DNA from: Oscillospiraceae bacterium
GTDB lineage: Bacteria > Bacillota > Clostridia > Oscillospirales > Oscillospiraceae
DNA length: 44,712 bases
Direction: 5' to 3'
Assembly (NCBI GenBank): GCA_031255955.1
Contig: JAIRRO010000117.1
Span: 1-44,712, forward strand
Below the pieces are notes generated by a model. The model was not told the DNA's origin and did not search any database. It worked only from the letters and a program-made list of their open reading frames with translations. Both the position numbers and the translations under genes were made by a program. Below, piece by piece: positions 26,169 through 35,442 of this stretch. Position 1 is the first letter of the stretch. Each line of letters opens with the position of its first letter.

Positions 26169-27628
26169 CACGACGCGACTTAGCCGCCGCCTCGCGTCAC
26201 CCCGGCGGACTGCCCCTGACGCAGCGCGCGGTACGGTTATCCGGGCTGCCACCCGGAGCGCGAATTCTTGATATTGGCTGCGGGGACGGCGCCAGCGTTC
26301 GCTTGCTGCGGCAGCTGGGTTTTGACGCCGTTGGAATAGACGAGCGCGCCGAAGGTCTCCCCTATGCAAGCGGTGAATTTGACTGCGTTCTGATGGAATG
26401 TGTGCTGTCCGTGCTGGACGACCCCGAAGCGGCGCTGCGCGAAGCGCGTCGCGTGCTGACGCCGCGCGGCACATTCATCCTCAGCGATGTCTGCGCCGCG
26501 GACGCCGAAGAAGAACTGCGCCGATTGCTTGAAGCATCAGGCTTTTCCGTAAAAATTGAGGAGGATCACACGGCGGCGCTTGTCACCTACGCGGCGGAGC
26601 GCGGCTTCGCCGCGGGGCGCGCTGCCGGATATGCGCTGTTCATCGGGGAGACCATTGACCCTCTTGCGCAATGGCTTGCGCGAAAAATCGGCAGCAGCAC
26701 ACCGCTTGAAGCATTTCAAACAGAGCAATTGCGAGAAACGCTTCACTTAGCCGCCGCCCACTCGCGTTTTTACAGGCAGAGCCTGGGGCATCAAGGCTTC
26801 TCCGGCGACACGGCGCGGCAAATTCTTGCAAGGCTGCCGTTTTCGTATCCCGAGCAGCTGCGCGCCGACCCCTTGGCGTTTCTCTGCGTCCCGCCGTCAG
26901 AGGCTTCCCGCGTCGTCACACTCGGCACCTCCGGCACGACCGGCGCTCCGAAGCGCATATATTTTTCCGCCGACGAGCTGGAGGACACCGTGGATTTCTT
27001 TGACTATGGGATGCGAAATATCGCGCAGCCTAACGGGCGCGCAATGATTTTTATGCGCGGCGCGGGCGTCCCCGACGGCGTGTGCGATACCTTGACGCGC
27101 GGCTTATCCCGCTTTGGCTGCGAGGGCATATCCTTCGGTGAAATCACCGGTGACGCCGACGACGCGCGGCGCGCGCTGCTTGAATCGAAAGCCGATTGCG
27201 CCGTGGGCATAGCCTCGCAGATGATGAAAATCGCAGCACTAGGCGGGGAGCAGCCGAGGCTCAAAACCGTGCTGCTCAGCGCGGATAACATCCCCGCCCA
27301 AACTATTCGCGCGCTTGAGGACGCTTGGGGCTGCGAGGTGTTCTCGCACTTCGGAATGACAGAAACCTGCTTCGGCGGCGCCGTTGACTGCCGCTGCCAC
27401 TCCGGTATGCACATCCGTGAGCCCGATATGATTTTTGAAATCATCGACCCCGTCACCGGAGCGCAGCTGCCGGACGGAGAGCGCGGCGAAATCGTCCTGA
27501 CCACGCTGACACGCCGCTGTATGCCGCTTATCCGTTATCGCACCGGCGATATTTCGCGCATCCTCACAGGTGAATGTCCCTGCGGCTGCACGCTGAAAAG
27601 ACTTGACCACGTAGAGGGACACGCGTGA
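26165..27628 (+). CDS. Fusion protein: class I SAM methyltransferase (N) + PaaK/coenzyme F390-synthetase-like adenylate-forming enzyme lacking the C-terminal subdomain (C)
   Basis: The methyltransferase part has motif I ILDIGCGDGAS and LTPRGTFILSD. The ligase part has TSGTTGAPKRIYFS, FGMTE and YRTGD. The ORF ends about 28 aa after YRTGD. It overlaps the radical SAM gene by ATGA. Confidence 0.8.
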   Translation: MTRRDLAAASRHPGGLPLTQRAVRLSGLPPGARILDIGCGDGASVRLLRQLGFDAVGIDERAEGLPYASGEFDCVLMECVLSVLDDPEAALREARRVLTPRGTFILSDVCAADAEEELRRLLEASGFSVKIEEDHTAALVTYAAERGFAAGRAAGYALFIGETIDPLAQWLARKIGSSTPLEAFQTEQLRETLHLAAAHSRFYRQSLGHQGFSGDTARQILARLPFSYPEQLRADPLAFLCVPPSEASRVVTLGTSGTTGAPKRIYFSADELEDTVDFFDYGMRNIAQPNGRAMIFMRGAGVPDGVCDTLTRGLSRFGCEGISFGEITGDADDARRALLESKADCAVGIASQMMKIAALGGEQPRLKTVLLSADNIPAQTIRALEDAWGCEVFSHFGMTETCFGGAVDCRCHSGMHIREPDMIFEIIDPVTGAQLPDGERGEIVLTTLTRRCMPLIRYRTGDISRILTGECPCGCTLKRLDHVEGHA

Positions 27629-27647
27629 TCGGATCAAATTATCAAAC

Positions 27648-27676
27648 TTGCTTTTCTCCGACAGATAATGTATACT
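27648..27676 (+). promoter_or_regulatory. Candidate sigma-A promoter for gap
   Basis: TTGCTT (27648-27653), 17-nt spacer, TATACT (27671-27676). Confidence 0.35.
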
Positions 27677-27717
27677 GCCGTCGTTGTCGAGACGGACATC
27701 GGGAGGGATAATCCAAA

Positions 27718-28731
27718 ATGGGGATAAAAATCGGAATCACAGGCTTCGGCAGGATCGGGCGAATGATACTGCGCGCCGCTACGCATTATCCGGAGCTTGA
27801 GGTTATGGCGATAAACGCGACGGTTGAACCGGAGTATATGGCATACCTATTAAAATATGACAGTGTTCACGGCACATTTGACCGCGAGGTGCGCCATTTC
27901 GATAACGGCATTATAATAGACGGGCGCGAAATTCCGTGTTTTTCAAGCCGCGACCCCGAGGCGCTAAATTGGGGCGACGCGGGCGTTGAGTATTTAATCG
28001 ACGCCACCGGGCAATTTAAGACCATCGAAAAAGCGTCGGCTCACCTGCGCGCCGGTGCGAAAAAGGTCATTCTCACCTCCCCCTCCACCGACGCCCCTAT
28101 GTTTGTAATGGGCGTAAATCACGACACATACGCCGCGCGTGATATGAACGTGGTGTCTAATGCCTCCTGCACCACCAATGCGCTTGCGCCGATTGCAAAA
28201 ATCTTGCACGACAACTGGGGTTTCGCCTCCGGCTTGATGACGACGATTCACGCGGTAACGGCATCCCAAAAGACGGTGGACAGCTCCTCGCGGCGGGATT
28301 GGCGCGGCGGCAGAGCGTCGTCTGTGAATATAATCCCCTCATCAACGGGCGCCGCCGGCGCCGTCGGCAAGGTCATACCGGCGCTTGCAGGTAAACTCAC
28401 GGGGATGTCTATGCGCGTTCCGACTGTCAATGTCTCCGTCGTGGATTTAACCGTGAACCTCGAAACCCCGACGTCATACGCGGAAATTTGCGCCGAGATG
28501 AAGCGCGCCTCCGAAACGTATATGAAGGGGATTCTTGCGTACACGGAGGACGCCGTCGTATCCTCTGATTTCATCCACGACGAGCATACATCGATATTTG
28601 ACGCGGGCGCGGGCATTATGCTCACCGACCGCTTTGTGAAGCTCATCGCGTGGTATGATAACGAATGGGGCTACTCCTGCAAAACGCTTGAGCTGGTGCG
28701 GCATATGGCTCAAACGGACGCCGCTGTTTGA
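27718..28731 (+). CDS. gap: Type I glyceraldehyde-3-phosphate dehydrogenase
   Basis: Contains [10 protein letters not shown], the catalytic [12 protein letters not shown], and WYDNEWGYS. Confidence 0.93.
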   Translation: MGIKIGITGFGRIGRMILRAATHYPELEVMAINATVEPEYMAYLLKYDSVHGTFDREVRHFDNGIIIDGREIPCFSSRDPEALNWGDAGVEYLIDATGQFKTIEKASAHLRAGAKKVILTSPSTDAPMFVMGVNHDTYAARDMNVVSNASCTTNALAPIAKILHDNWGFASGLMTTIHAVTASQKTVDSSSRRDWRGGRASSVNIIPSSTGAAGAVGKVIPALAGKLTGMSMRVPTVNVSVVDLTVNLETPTSYAEICAEMKRASETYMKGILAYTEDAVVSSDFIHDEHTSIFDAGAGIMLTDRFVKLIAWYDNEWGYSCKTLELVRHMAQTDAAV

Positions 28732-28768
28732 CCGCTTATATTTTTTGCGGATTTTTTGAAAATTCCTC

Positions 28769-28796
28769 TTTACAAACAGAAATTATCTGCTATAAT
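28769..28796 (+). promoter_or_regulatory. Candidate promoter for the tRNA-Ala gene
   Basis: TTTACA (28769-28774), 16-nt spacer ending in TGC, TATAAT (28791-28796), 12 nt before the tRNA 5' end. Confidence 0.5.
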
Positions 28797-28808
28797 GGCA
28801 TTGCGCTT

Positions 28809-28884
28809 GGGCTCGTAGCTTAGCTGGGAAAGCGCCGCGTTCGCAACGCGGAGACCGAGGGTTCGAATCCCTTCGGGTCCACCA
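28809..28884 (+). tRNA. tRNA-Ala (anticodon CGC), CCA encoded
   Basis: 76-nt cloverleaf folded by hand. The acceptor stem GGGCTCG/CGGGTCC carries the Ala identity pair G3:U70. The anticodon stem is ccgcg/cgcgg with loop TTCGCAA, and the T-arm is gaggg-TTCGAAT-ccctt. Confidence 0.9.
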
Positions 28885-28890
28885 CGCCCG

Positions 28891-28925
28891 ACAGAAGCCG
28901 TTGCGGTGCAACGGCTTCTGTTTTA
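28891..28925 (+). terminator. Rho-independent terminator after tRNA-Ala
   Basis: 13-14 bp stem acagaagccgttg(c)/(g)caacggcttctgt followed by TTTTAT. Confidence 0.7.
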
Positions 28926-28978
28926 TGTAATCCGGCATTTCGCTTACATGTGATATAAATATTCGGAGGGACAAGCAA

Positions 28979-30613
28979 ATGGCTGCAAAGCACGTATTCG
29001 TCACAGGCGGCGTCGTTTCGGGACTCGGCAAGGGTATCTGCGCCGCGTCGCTCGGAAGGCTGTTAAAGCAGCGCGGACTGCGAGTGACAATTCAAAAATT
29101 CGATCCGTATTTCAATGTCGACCCCGGCACAATGAACCCCTATCAGCACGGGGAGGTGTTTGTGACCGACGACGGCGCGGAAACAGACCTTGACCTCGGT
29201 CACTACGAACGCTTTGTGGACGAATCCCTGACGCAGGATAGCTCTGTTAGCTCCGGTCAGATTTATCGCGATGTGCTTGACCGCGAGCGCTCCGGCGATT
29301 ATCTCGGACGCACGGTGCAGATTATCCCGCACATCACGGATGAGATTAAGCACAGGATACATAGCCTTGACGACGGCTCGGCGGACGTGATAATCACCGA
29401 AATCGGCGGCACCGTCGGGGACATTGAAATCCAGCCGTATCTCGAAGCGATTCGTCAGGTCGGTCGTGAGCTGGGGCGCGAGGAGGTCGTATTCATCCAC
29501 GTGCCGCTTATCGTGCAGCTGCCCGGCTCGGACGAGCTTAAAACGAAGCCCACGCAGCACTCTGTAAAAGAGCTGCTGTCCGTCGGGATTCAACCGGACA
29601 TTCTCGTCTGTCGCTGCGACGAGCCTATGACGGCGGACGTCCGCAACAAAATATCGCTGTTTTGCAACGTCGAGCCGGACTGCGTAATCCAAAATGTCAC
29701 CGCCGGTGTGCTGTATGAAATCCCCCTGTTGATGGCGGCGGAGGGGCTTGACCGCGTGGTGTGCCGCAAGCTGGGACTTGTCTCTCTGCCGGAGCCGGAT
29801 TTGCGCGAGTGGACGGAGATGGTGAACCGCTGGAAGAACGTCTCCCGCCGCGTGGAAATTGCCCTTGTGGGTAAATATACGGAGCTGCATGACGCCTATC
29901 TGAGCATTGTGGAGGCGTTTTCGCACGCCGGAACGGCGAACGACGCCGTTGTTTCCGTGCGCTGGGTGGATTCCGAAACCGTGACAGAGCAAAACGCCGC
30001 CGATTTTCTGCGCGGTGTCAGCGGAATTCTTGTCCCCGGCGGCTTTGGCTCACGCGGGGTAGAGGGTATGATTTCAGCCGCGAAATACGCGCGGGAGAAC
30101 GATATTCCATACTTCGGCATATGCTTTGGTATGCATATGGCGGTCATTGAGTTCGCGCGGCACGTCGCGGGACTTGAGGGCGCGAATTCCACAGAGATGA
30201 ACGAGCTGACGCGCCACCCCGTCATCGATCTTATGCCGGAGCAGGTGGGCATTACAAAAAAGGGCGGCACGATGCGCCTCGGTAAATATCCGTGTGCGCT
30301 GACGGATGGCTCACGCGCGCTGGCAGCCTACGGCGAAGCCGAAATTTCTGAGCGCCACCGCCACAGATATGAATTCAACAACGATTATCGCGAGCTTTTA
30401 TCCGGTCACGGTATGCTCCTTTCGGGGCTGTCCCCAAACGGCAGTCTTGTGGAGATAGTTGAGGTGCCGCGTCATCCGTGGTTTGTCGGCGTGCAATTTC
30501 ATCCCGAGCTGAAAAGCCGTCCGAACCGCGCGCATCCGCTGTTTAAGGCGTTTGTGAAGGCGGCGCTCGACAGGGCTTCAAGCGAAATAAATAAAGGCGA
30601 ACCCGAAAAATAA
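28979..30613 (+). CDS. pyrG: CTP synthase
   Basis: Starts [19 protein letters not shown], with GATase Cys in [10 protein letters not shown] and HRHRYEFN. Confidence 0.95.
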   Translation: MAAKHVFVTGGVVSGLGKGICAASLGRLLKQRGLRVTIQKFDPYFNVDPGTMNPYQHGEVFVTDDGAETDLDLGHYERFVDESLTQDSSVSSGQIYRDVLDRERSGDYLGRTVQIIPHITDEIKHRIHSLDDGSADVIITEIGGTVGDIEIQPYLEAIRQVGRELGREEVVFIHVPLIVQLPGSDELKTKPTQHSVKELLSVGIQPDILVCRCDEPMTADVRNKISLFCNVEPDCVIQNVTAGVLYEIPLLMAAEGLDRVVCRKLGLVSLPEPDLREWTEMVNRWKNVSRRVEIALVGKYTELHDAYLSIVEAFSHAGTANDAVVSVRWVDSETVTEQNAADFLRGVSGILVPGGFGSRGVEGMISAAKYARENDIPYFGICFGMHMAVIEFARHVAGLEGANSTEMNELTRHPVIDLMPEQVGITKKGGTMRLGKYPCALTDGSRALAAYGEAEISERHRHRYEFNNDYRELLSGHGMLLSGLSPNGSLVEIVEVPRHPWFVGVQFHPELKSRPNRAHPLFKAFVKAALDRASSEINKGEPEK

Positions 30614-30645
30614 AAACATAATAAAAACAAGGGAGGAACACTGAA

Positions 30646-33621
30646 ATGAGCAAGGCTCCGACGATTATGGTGTGGGGGCAGTTCGTCAGCATCACGCACG
30701 AATGGATAACCCCTGAGGGCATTGCCTCCGGAGAGCTGGAAGCGCGCGTTACCACGGGGGCATCCGCTGATTTTGCGGACTGGCTTCCGGCGGAGGTTTC
30801 CGAAACCCCGTTTGGTCCCACGGCGAGCTATCGCGGGGAGCTCCCCCCGTTTTTCAGGCTGCGCGCCGCGGTGTCGCTTCGGGGAGAGGTCAGCGAAACG
30901 GCGGAATTTGTCTCGTCGCCGCGCGCGCCGGAGCCTGATTATTCCCCCGGCGCTTATCTGCCGGAGGAGCTGCCGCGTGAAATTGCCCTTTCTGCCCCGG
31001 CGGGCGAGATTTTTTTCACAGCCGCCGCCGTTCCGTATTCCGCGGGCAGTTTCGCACCGGACAGCTCCGCCGTGTCCGCCGTCCCGGAACCGCGCGCCTT
31101 TGAAAACGCGTACACGGGTAAAATCGCGCTTTCGGATATTTCATCGGGCGCCATAAGCGGAGCAAATGCCGTTGTGATTAAAGCCATCGCAGCCGCCCGC
31201 GACGAGGGTGGCGAGGTGTTCTCCAGCCCCGTCACAACGCTGTTTTACGCGCCGGACGCCGCCGTGCAAAAGCTGACCCCTGACAATATCGACGCCGTAC
31301 TTGCCCAGATGACCGCGGAGGAAAAGCTCCGTCTTACGGGCGGCATCGGCGGCGACCCGACCGTTTTAATTAACGATGGTCCTGCCGGGGCGACATACGG
31401 CATCCCGCGGCTGGGTATCCCGCCGCTTGTGCTGGCGGACGGTCCCGCCGGTGTGCGTATGCGCAAAAACGCCACGGTCTGGCTCTCCCCCACCGGTATG
31501 GCGTCCACGTGGGATTTAGACCTTGTTCGCGAGGTTGGAGAGCGCGTCGCCGCGGAGGCTACGCACTACGCCGTGGATGTAATTTTGGCGCCGGGGCTGA
31601 ATATTCAGCGCAACCCGCTCGGCGGACGAAATTTTGAGTATTATTCCGAGGACCCGCTGATAACGGGCGCTGTCGGCGCGGCATATATAAACGGCGTACA
31701 GTCCGGCGGCGTCGGCACCTCGCCGAAGCATTTCGCGGGGAACGATCAGGAAAATTTCCGCGGACGCGGCAACGTCATCGCGTCGGAGCGCGCGCTGCGC
31801 GAGATTTTTCTGCGCGGCTTTGAATTGGTATCAAAGGCGCAGCCGTGGACATATATGTGTGCCTACAACGCCGTAAACGGCGCGCTTGCCAATGAAAACA
31901 AATGGCTGATGACCGACACCCTGCGCAAGCTGTGGGGTTGGGACGGTCTTATGATGAGCGACTGGGGCGCGGACTATGACCCCGCCAAATCGCTGGAAGC
32001 GCAAATGGATCTCGGCGAGCCGACGCGCGATATCAACGCGGCGCTCGCGTGGCTGCGCGGCGAAACGGACGCGCAAGCCAACGATACAGAGCTGCGCCGC
32101 CGTATGGCGCTGCTGGATCGCTCGGCGCGCAATATGCTGACTCTGATACTAAAAACCCACGCGTATAACGGCGCTTACGGCAGGCTTATGCCGGACGGCT
32201 CTTATGCCGCGTCCGGCGGCGTGCCGGGACTCACGCGCGAGATCATAAACAACCGCTCGCGGGAGTTCGGCGGATCGGAAATTCAGCGCGAATCCGCCGC
32301 CGTGAATCGCCGTCTTGCCACAGAGGGTATGGTTCTGCTTAAAAACGACGGCGGCGCGCTGCCGATTAAAACCCGCGGGGCAAAGCTCTCTCTTGTGACC
32401 AGTGAGGTGGCGTGGGACGAGCTGGACAACCCCGGCTGGTACGGAAACACGGCTTCGCTCGGGGACATCGTAACGCAGGGGCGCGGCTCGGCGCAGGTGA
32501 AATTCAATGGCGACGGCGGGAGCGCTTGGGCGCCGACCCTGCGCGAAGGCTTGACAAACGGCGGCTTTGAAATCGTCGCGTGGAAGCGCGACGGCGAAAT
32601 TGCCGGCACCTCTGATATGCCGCACGGGGAAAGCTTGGGTGCTGACGAGGGCGCGCGCGTACCGGCGCGGCGAGAGGATGTTGAGGCGGCGGCGCGGGCG
32701 GCGCTTGACGCCGGGGCAGAGGCGTTTGTATTCGTCGTAACGCGCGTTTCCGGCGAGGGGCAGGACGTTGTGCCGGAGGAATTTGCCCTTTGCGCGCGCG
32801 AGGAATCCGTGTTCGCGCCATACGCCGATATGTTCCGGGCGGCGGGACGCCGTGTCATCGTGCTGTTAAACTGCGGCTCCGCCGTCGATACCACGCTACT
32901 GCGCGAAAAGGCGGATGCGATTCTTGACGTCTTTAACCCCGGCACAGAAGGCGCAAACGCCATCGCGGATATTCTTTCCGGCAGGGTAAGCCCCTCCGGC
33001 AAGCTGACACAGACCTTCCCGTTAACATATGACGACAGCCCTTCCATCGCCATGGCGCGCGCGGAGCATCGCGGCAAAACCTTCGGCACCGACCCCGTTT
33101 ATTACGACGAGGGCGTATATGTCGGCTATCGCTATTTCGATACCTTCGGCAAGCGCGACCGCGCGGCGTATCCCTTCGGGCACGGGCTGTCATATACGAC
33201 GTTTGAGTTCAAAAATCTTTGTGTCTCGACTGAAAATGCAGCGTCCGACGGCGTCACGGCGACGCTTGAAATCACAAACACCGGAGACCTCCCGGGGCGC
33301 GAAACCGCACAGCTGTATATTGGCGCCGATACATATAAATCCGAGGGACGCCCGATAAAGGAGCTGCGCGCCTTCGCAAAAACAAAGCTGCTGGCGCCGG
33401 GCGAGACGCAAACCGTGACGCTTTATGTACCGCCGCGCGAGCTGTGCTTTTATGACGACGGCAATCCGGATAACGCTCTGACAGAGCGCGACATATCCTA
33501 TACGGACGGCACACACTGGCGAGTTGCGCCGGGCACGCGCTTTAATATAACCGTCGGAAACACCTCTGACCCCGAAACGCTCGCGGTGTCCGGCTTAAGC
33601 GCTGAAATAACCCTGAAATAG
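30646..33621 (+). CDS. Glycoside hydrolase family 3 (beta-glucosidase-like) with ~210-aa N-terminal extension and C-terminal Fn3-like domain; no signal peptide
   Basis: GH3 motifs are present (ADGPAGVR, KHFAGNDQE, nucleophile region GLMMSDWGA) with a C-terminal FGHGLSYTTF and beta-sandwich. RBS GGGAGG lies upstream of the ATG. Confidence 0.88.
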   Translation: MSKAPTIMVWGQFVSITHEWITPEGIASGELEARVTTGASADFADWLPAEVSETPFGPTASYRGELPPFFRLRAAVSLRGEVSETAEFVSSPRAPEPDYSPGAYLPEELPREIALSAPAGEIFFTAAAVPYSAGSFAPDSSAVSAVPEPRAFENAYTGKIALSDISSGAISGANAVVIKAIAAARDEGGEVFSSPVTTLFYAPDAAVQKLTPDNIDAVLAQMTAEEKLRLTGGIGGDPTVLINDGPAGATYGIPRLGIPPLVLADGPAGVRMRKNATVWLSPTGMASTWDLDLVREVGERVAAEATHYAVDVILAPGLNIQRNPLGGRNFEYYSEDPLITGAVGAAYINGVQSGGVGTSPKHFAGNDQENFRGRGNVIASERALREIFLRGFELVSKAQPWTYMCAYNAVNGALANENKWLMTDTLRKLWGWDGLMMSDWGADYDPAKSLEAQMDLGEPTRDINAALAWLRGETDAQANDTELRRRMALLDRSARNMLTLILKTHAYNGAYGRLMPDGSYAASGGVPGLTREIINNRSREFGGSEIQRESAAVNRRLATEGMVLLKNDGGALPIKTRGAKLSLVTSEVAWDELDNPGWYGNTASLGDIVTQGRGSAQVKFNGDGGSAWAPTLREGLTNGGFEIVAWKRDGEIAGTSDMPHGESLGADEGARVPARREDVEAAARAALDAGAEAFVFVVTRVSGEGQDVVPEEFALCAREESVFAPYADMFRAAGRRVIVLLNCGSAVDTTLLREKADAILDVFNPGTEGANAIADILSGRVSPSGKLTQTFPLTYDDSPSIAMARAEHRGKTFGTDPVYYDEGVYVGYRYFDTFGKRDRAAYPFGHGLSYTTFEFKNLCVSTENAASDGVTATLEITNTGDLPGRETAQLYIGADTYKSEGRPIKELRAFAKTKLLAPGETQTVTLYVPPRELCFYDDGNPDNALTERDISYTDGTHWRVAPGTRFNITVGNTSDPETLAVSGLSAEITLK

Positions 33622-33651
33622 CGAAAATATATTCCCACGGACATCAAACCT

Positions 33652-33690
33652 GCGGGGCGGCGAAATTCGTCGCCCCGCTTCGTCTTTCTT
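33652..33690 (+). terminator. Rho-independent terminator after the GH3 gene
   Basis: 11-bp stem gcggggcggcg/cgtcgccccgc with loop aaatt, followed by TTCGTCTTTCTT. Confidence 0.65.
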
Positions 33691-33727
33691 CGACATTCAC
33701 ATTGTAGAATTTTTCACAAAACAACTC

Positions 33728-33756
33728 TTGCCAAGCGTTATGTTTCAGTATATAAT
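33728..33756 (+). promoter_or_regulatory. Candidate sigma-A promoter for the GH63-like gene pair
   Basis: TTGCCA (33728-33733), 17-nt spacer, TATAAT (33751-33756). AAAGGAG lies 9 nt before ATG 33816. Confidence 0.5.
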
Positions 33757-33815
33757 GGCTATATAAATCAGCAGCGAATAAACAAGAAGCCAAAATATGA
33801 AAGGAGCCTCACGAA

Positions 33816-35423
33816 ATGCCTAACAACCCATCAACAAGCGCCTCCCCGCCGAAGCTCCCGTTCCTGCCCTTCGGCAGACGGGACTCGCGGCATATGCTCA
33901 TCGCGCAGGGGGATACTCTGTGGCTTGCCCTTGCCTCTGAGGGCGCGCCGTCGATGATTCCCACCGCCCCGCGTCCCGCCGGACTGTTTGAGCTTACGGT
34001 TCTCTCCTCCGGCAATCCCGTCCCGTATACATACACAGCCGACATATCCGTGCTGGAGCTTAAAGCCTCCGGCGGAGTGGCGCGCATCACACACGATACT
34101 CAGGTGGGCGCTTTAAGAATTGAAGCCGAGGGCATCTCCCTTCGCTTTGACGGCAAAACCTCCTCCGGAGTGTCCTCTCTTAACACGCCGGACGGTCCTG
34201 TGGTAAGTATCGGCGGCGGGCGTTATCTCTTCTCCGCGCGTCGCGGAACGATCACCTTTGACGACACGTGGGTGCTAAACGCCTTCGGCTCTGTCGTGCC
34301 TGTGGTGGACATTGCGCCCGCCGGGGGCATTATCGAGCTTGTCGTCTACGAGCTGCCGGGCGACACCATTATACCCGCCCCGACAGGCAGCTTTGACAGC
34401 CGCGCGGCGGAGAATGCCGCCGAATTCTCGGCGTTCGACAGCTCCATCGTCTCCGCGCCGCCGCAGTATTCTAAGCTGCGTGACGAGGCTGTGTATTCGC
34501 TGTGGTTGAATTCCAAAAAGCTCGCCGACGGCAATCACTGTATCACGCCGAACCGCATCACCTCTTCAATGGCGGAGGCGCACCGCCAAGCCTTGGCATC
34601 GTTCGCGTTCCGCGATTTTGACTCTGCCTTCGAGCTTTTGATGTCGCTGCCGGAGTCCTCTCCTCCGCTGCGCGGCTTCGCCGTCACACGAATGATTGAT
34701 GACGGCTTGCTCGACGGCGTGGAGCTTGACATGCTGCGCAAGCTGTATCACGAGCTGGAGGCGACAGCCAAATGGTGGCGCGACAACCGCACTATGCCGG
34801 GCGCCGCTCTCAGCTATTACGCCTACCGGTTTGAATCGGGGCATCCGAACCCCTCCACCTTCACCGTCGGCGCGCCTGTCATAGCCCCGGATTTGAACGC
34901 TTATCTTGTGTTGCTGTACGAGGCGCTGAGTCAGCTGGCGGCAAATCTCGGCGACAACGCGGCGTCCGATAAATTCGCGCTGGGCGCGAAGGAGCGTCTT
35001 GACGCGATGCTCTCCGACCTTTGGGACGGCGAGCGCTTTTTCGCCGTTAACGTCTATTCCGGAGAGCGCGAGAGCGCGGAGTCTCAGACGACATACGCGC
35101 CGCTTATTCAAAACGAAATCCCGCTTATCCTCGGGCGGCGGCTGCCGGGCGATGTGTTCGATAAGCTCGCGCGGAGCTTCGGCGAAAAGCTGAACAATCC
35201 GCCGGAGGGCGCGGGACGCAGCTCGGATCAAACGCTGCAATATGCCGCCGTGCTGCTGGGTCTTGTCTACGCGGAGCCGCTTGAGGTTCTCGGTAAATAC
35301 ACCTCGCTTGTCGCGGGCGCGTTCAAGCCGGAATGGATGCAATACGCCTCTGATCCAATCACCGGGGCGGTAATGCTCGCCGCCGTATCCAAAGCCTTCG
35401 GCATGGGTACGCGGATAAATTAA
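33816..35423 (+). CDS. Putative cytoplasmic (alpha/alpha)6-barrel glycosidase, GH63/MGH1-like
   Basis: Pattern typical of GH63/GH37/GDE_C barrels: YRFESGHPNPS (acid/ESG motif), DLNAYLVLLYEALSQLA, LWDGERFF. No signal peptide. Assignment is by motif pattern only. Confidence 0.45.
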   Translation: MPNNPSTSASPPKLPFLPFGRRDSRHMLIAQGDTLWLALASEGAPSMIPTAPRPAGLFELTVLSSGNPVPYTYTADISVLELKASGGVARITHDTQVGALRIEAEGISLRFDGKTSSGVSSLNTPDGPVVSIGGGRYLFSARRGTITFDDTWVLNAFGSVVPVVDIAPAGGIIELVVYELPGDTIIPAPTGSFDSRAAENAAEFSAFDSSIVSAPPQYSKLRDEAVYSLWLNSKKLADGNHCITPNRITSSMAEAHRQALASFAFRDFDSAFELLMSLPESSPPLRGFAVTRMIDDGLLDGVELDMLRKLYHELEATAKWWRDNRTMPGAALSYYAYRFESGHPNPSTFTVGAPVIAPDLNAYLVLLYEALSQLAANLGDNAASDKFALGAKERLDAMLSDLWDGERFFAVNVYSGERESAESQTTYAPLIQNEIPLILGRRLPGDVFDKLARSFGEKLNNPPEGAGRSSDQTLQYAAVLLGLVYAEPLEVLGKYTSLVAGAFKPEWMQYASDPITGAVMLAAVSKAFGMGTRIN

Positions 35424-35442
35424 TTGAAGGGAGCTATTTAGA

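Noticed and set aside
29063-29992. 309-aa minus-strand ORF.
   Set aside because: It is antisense to pyrG, whose identity is unambiguous, so it is a GC-rich shadow frame.
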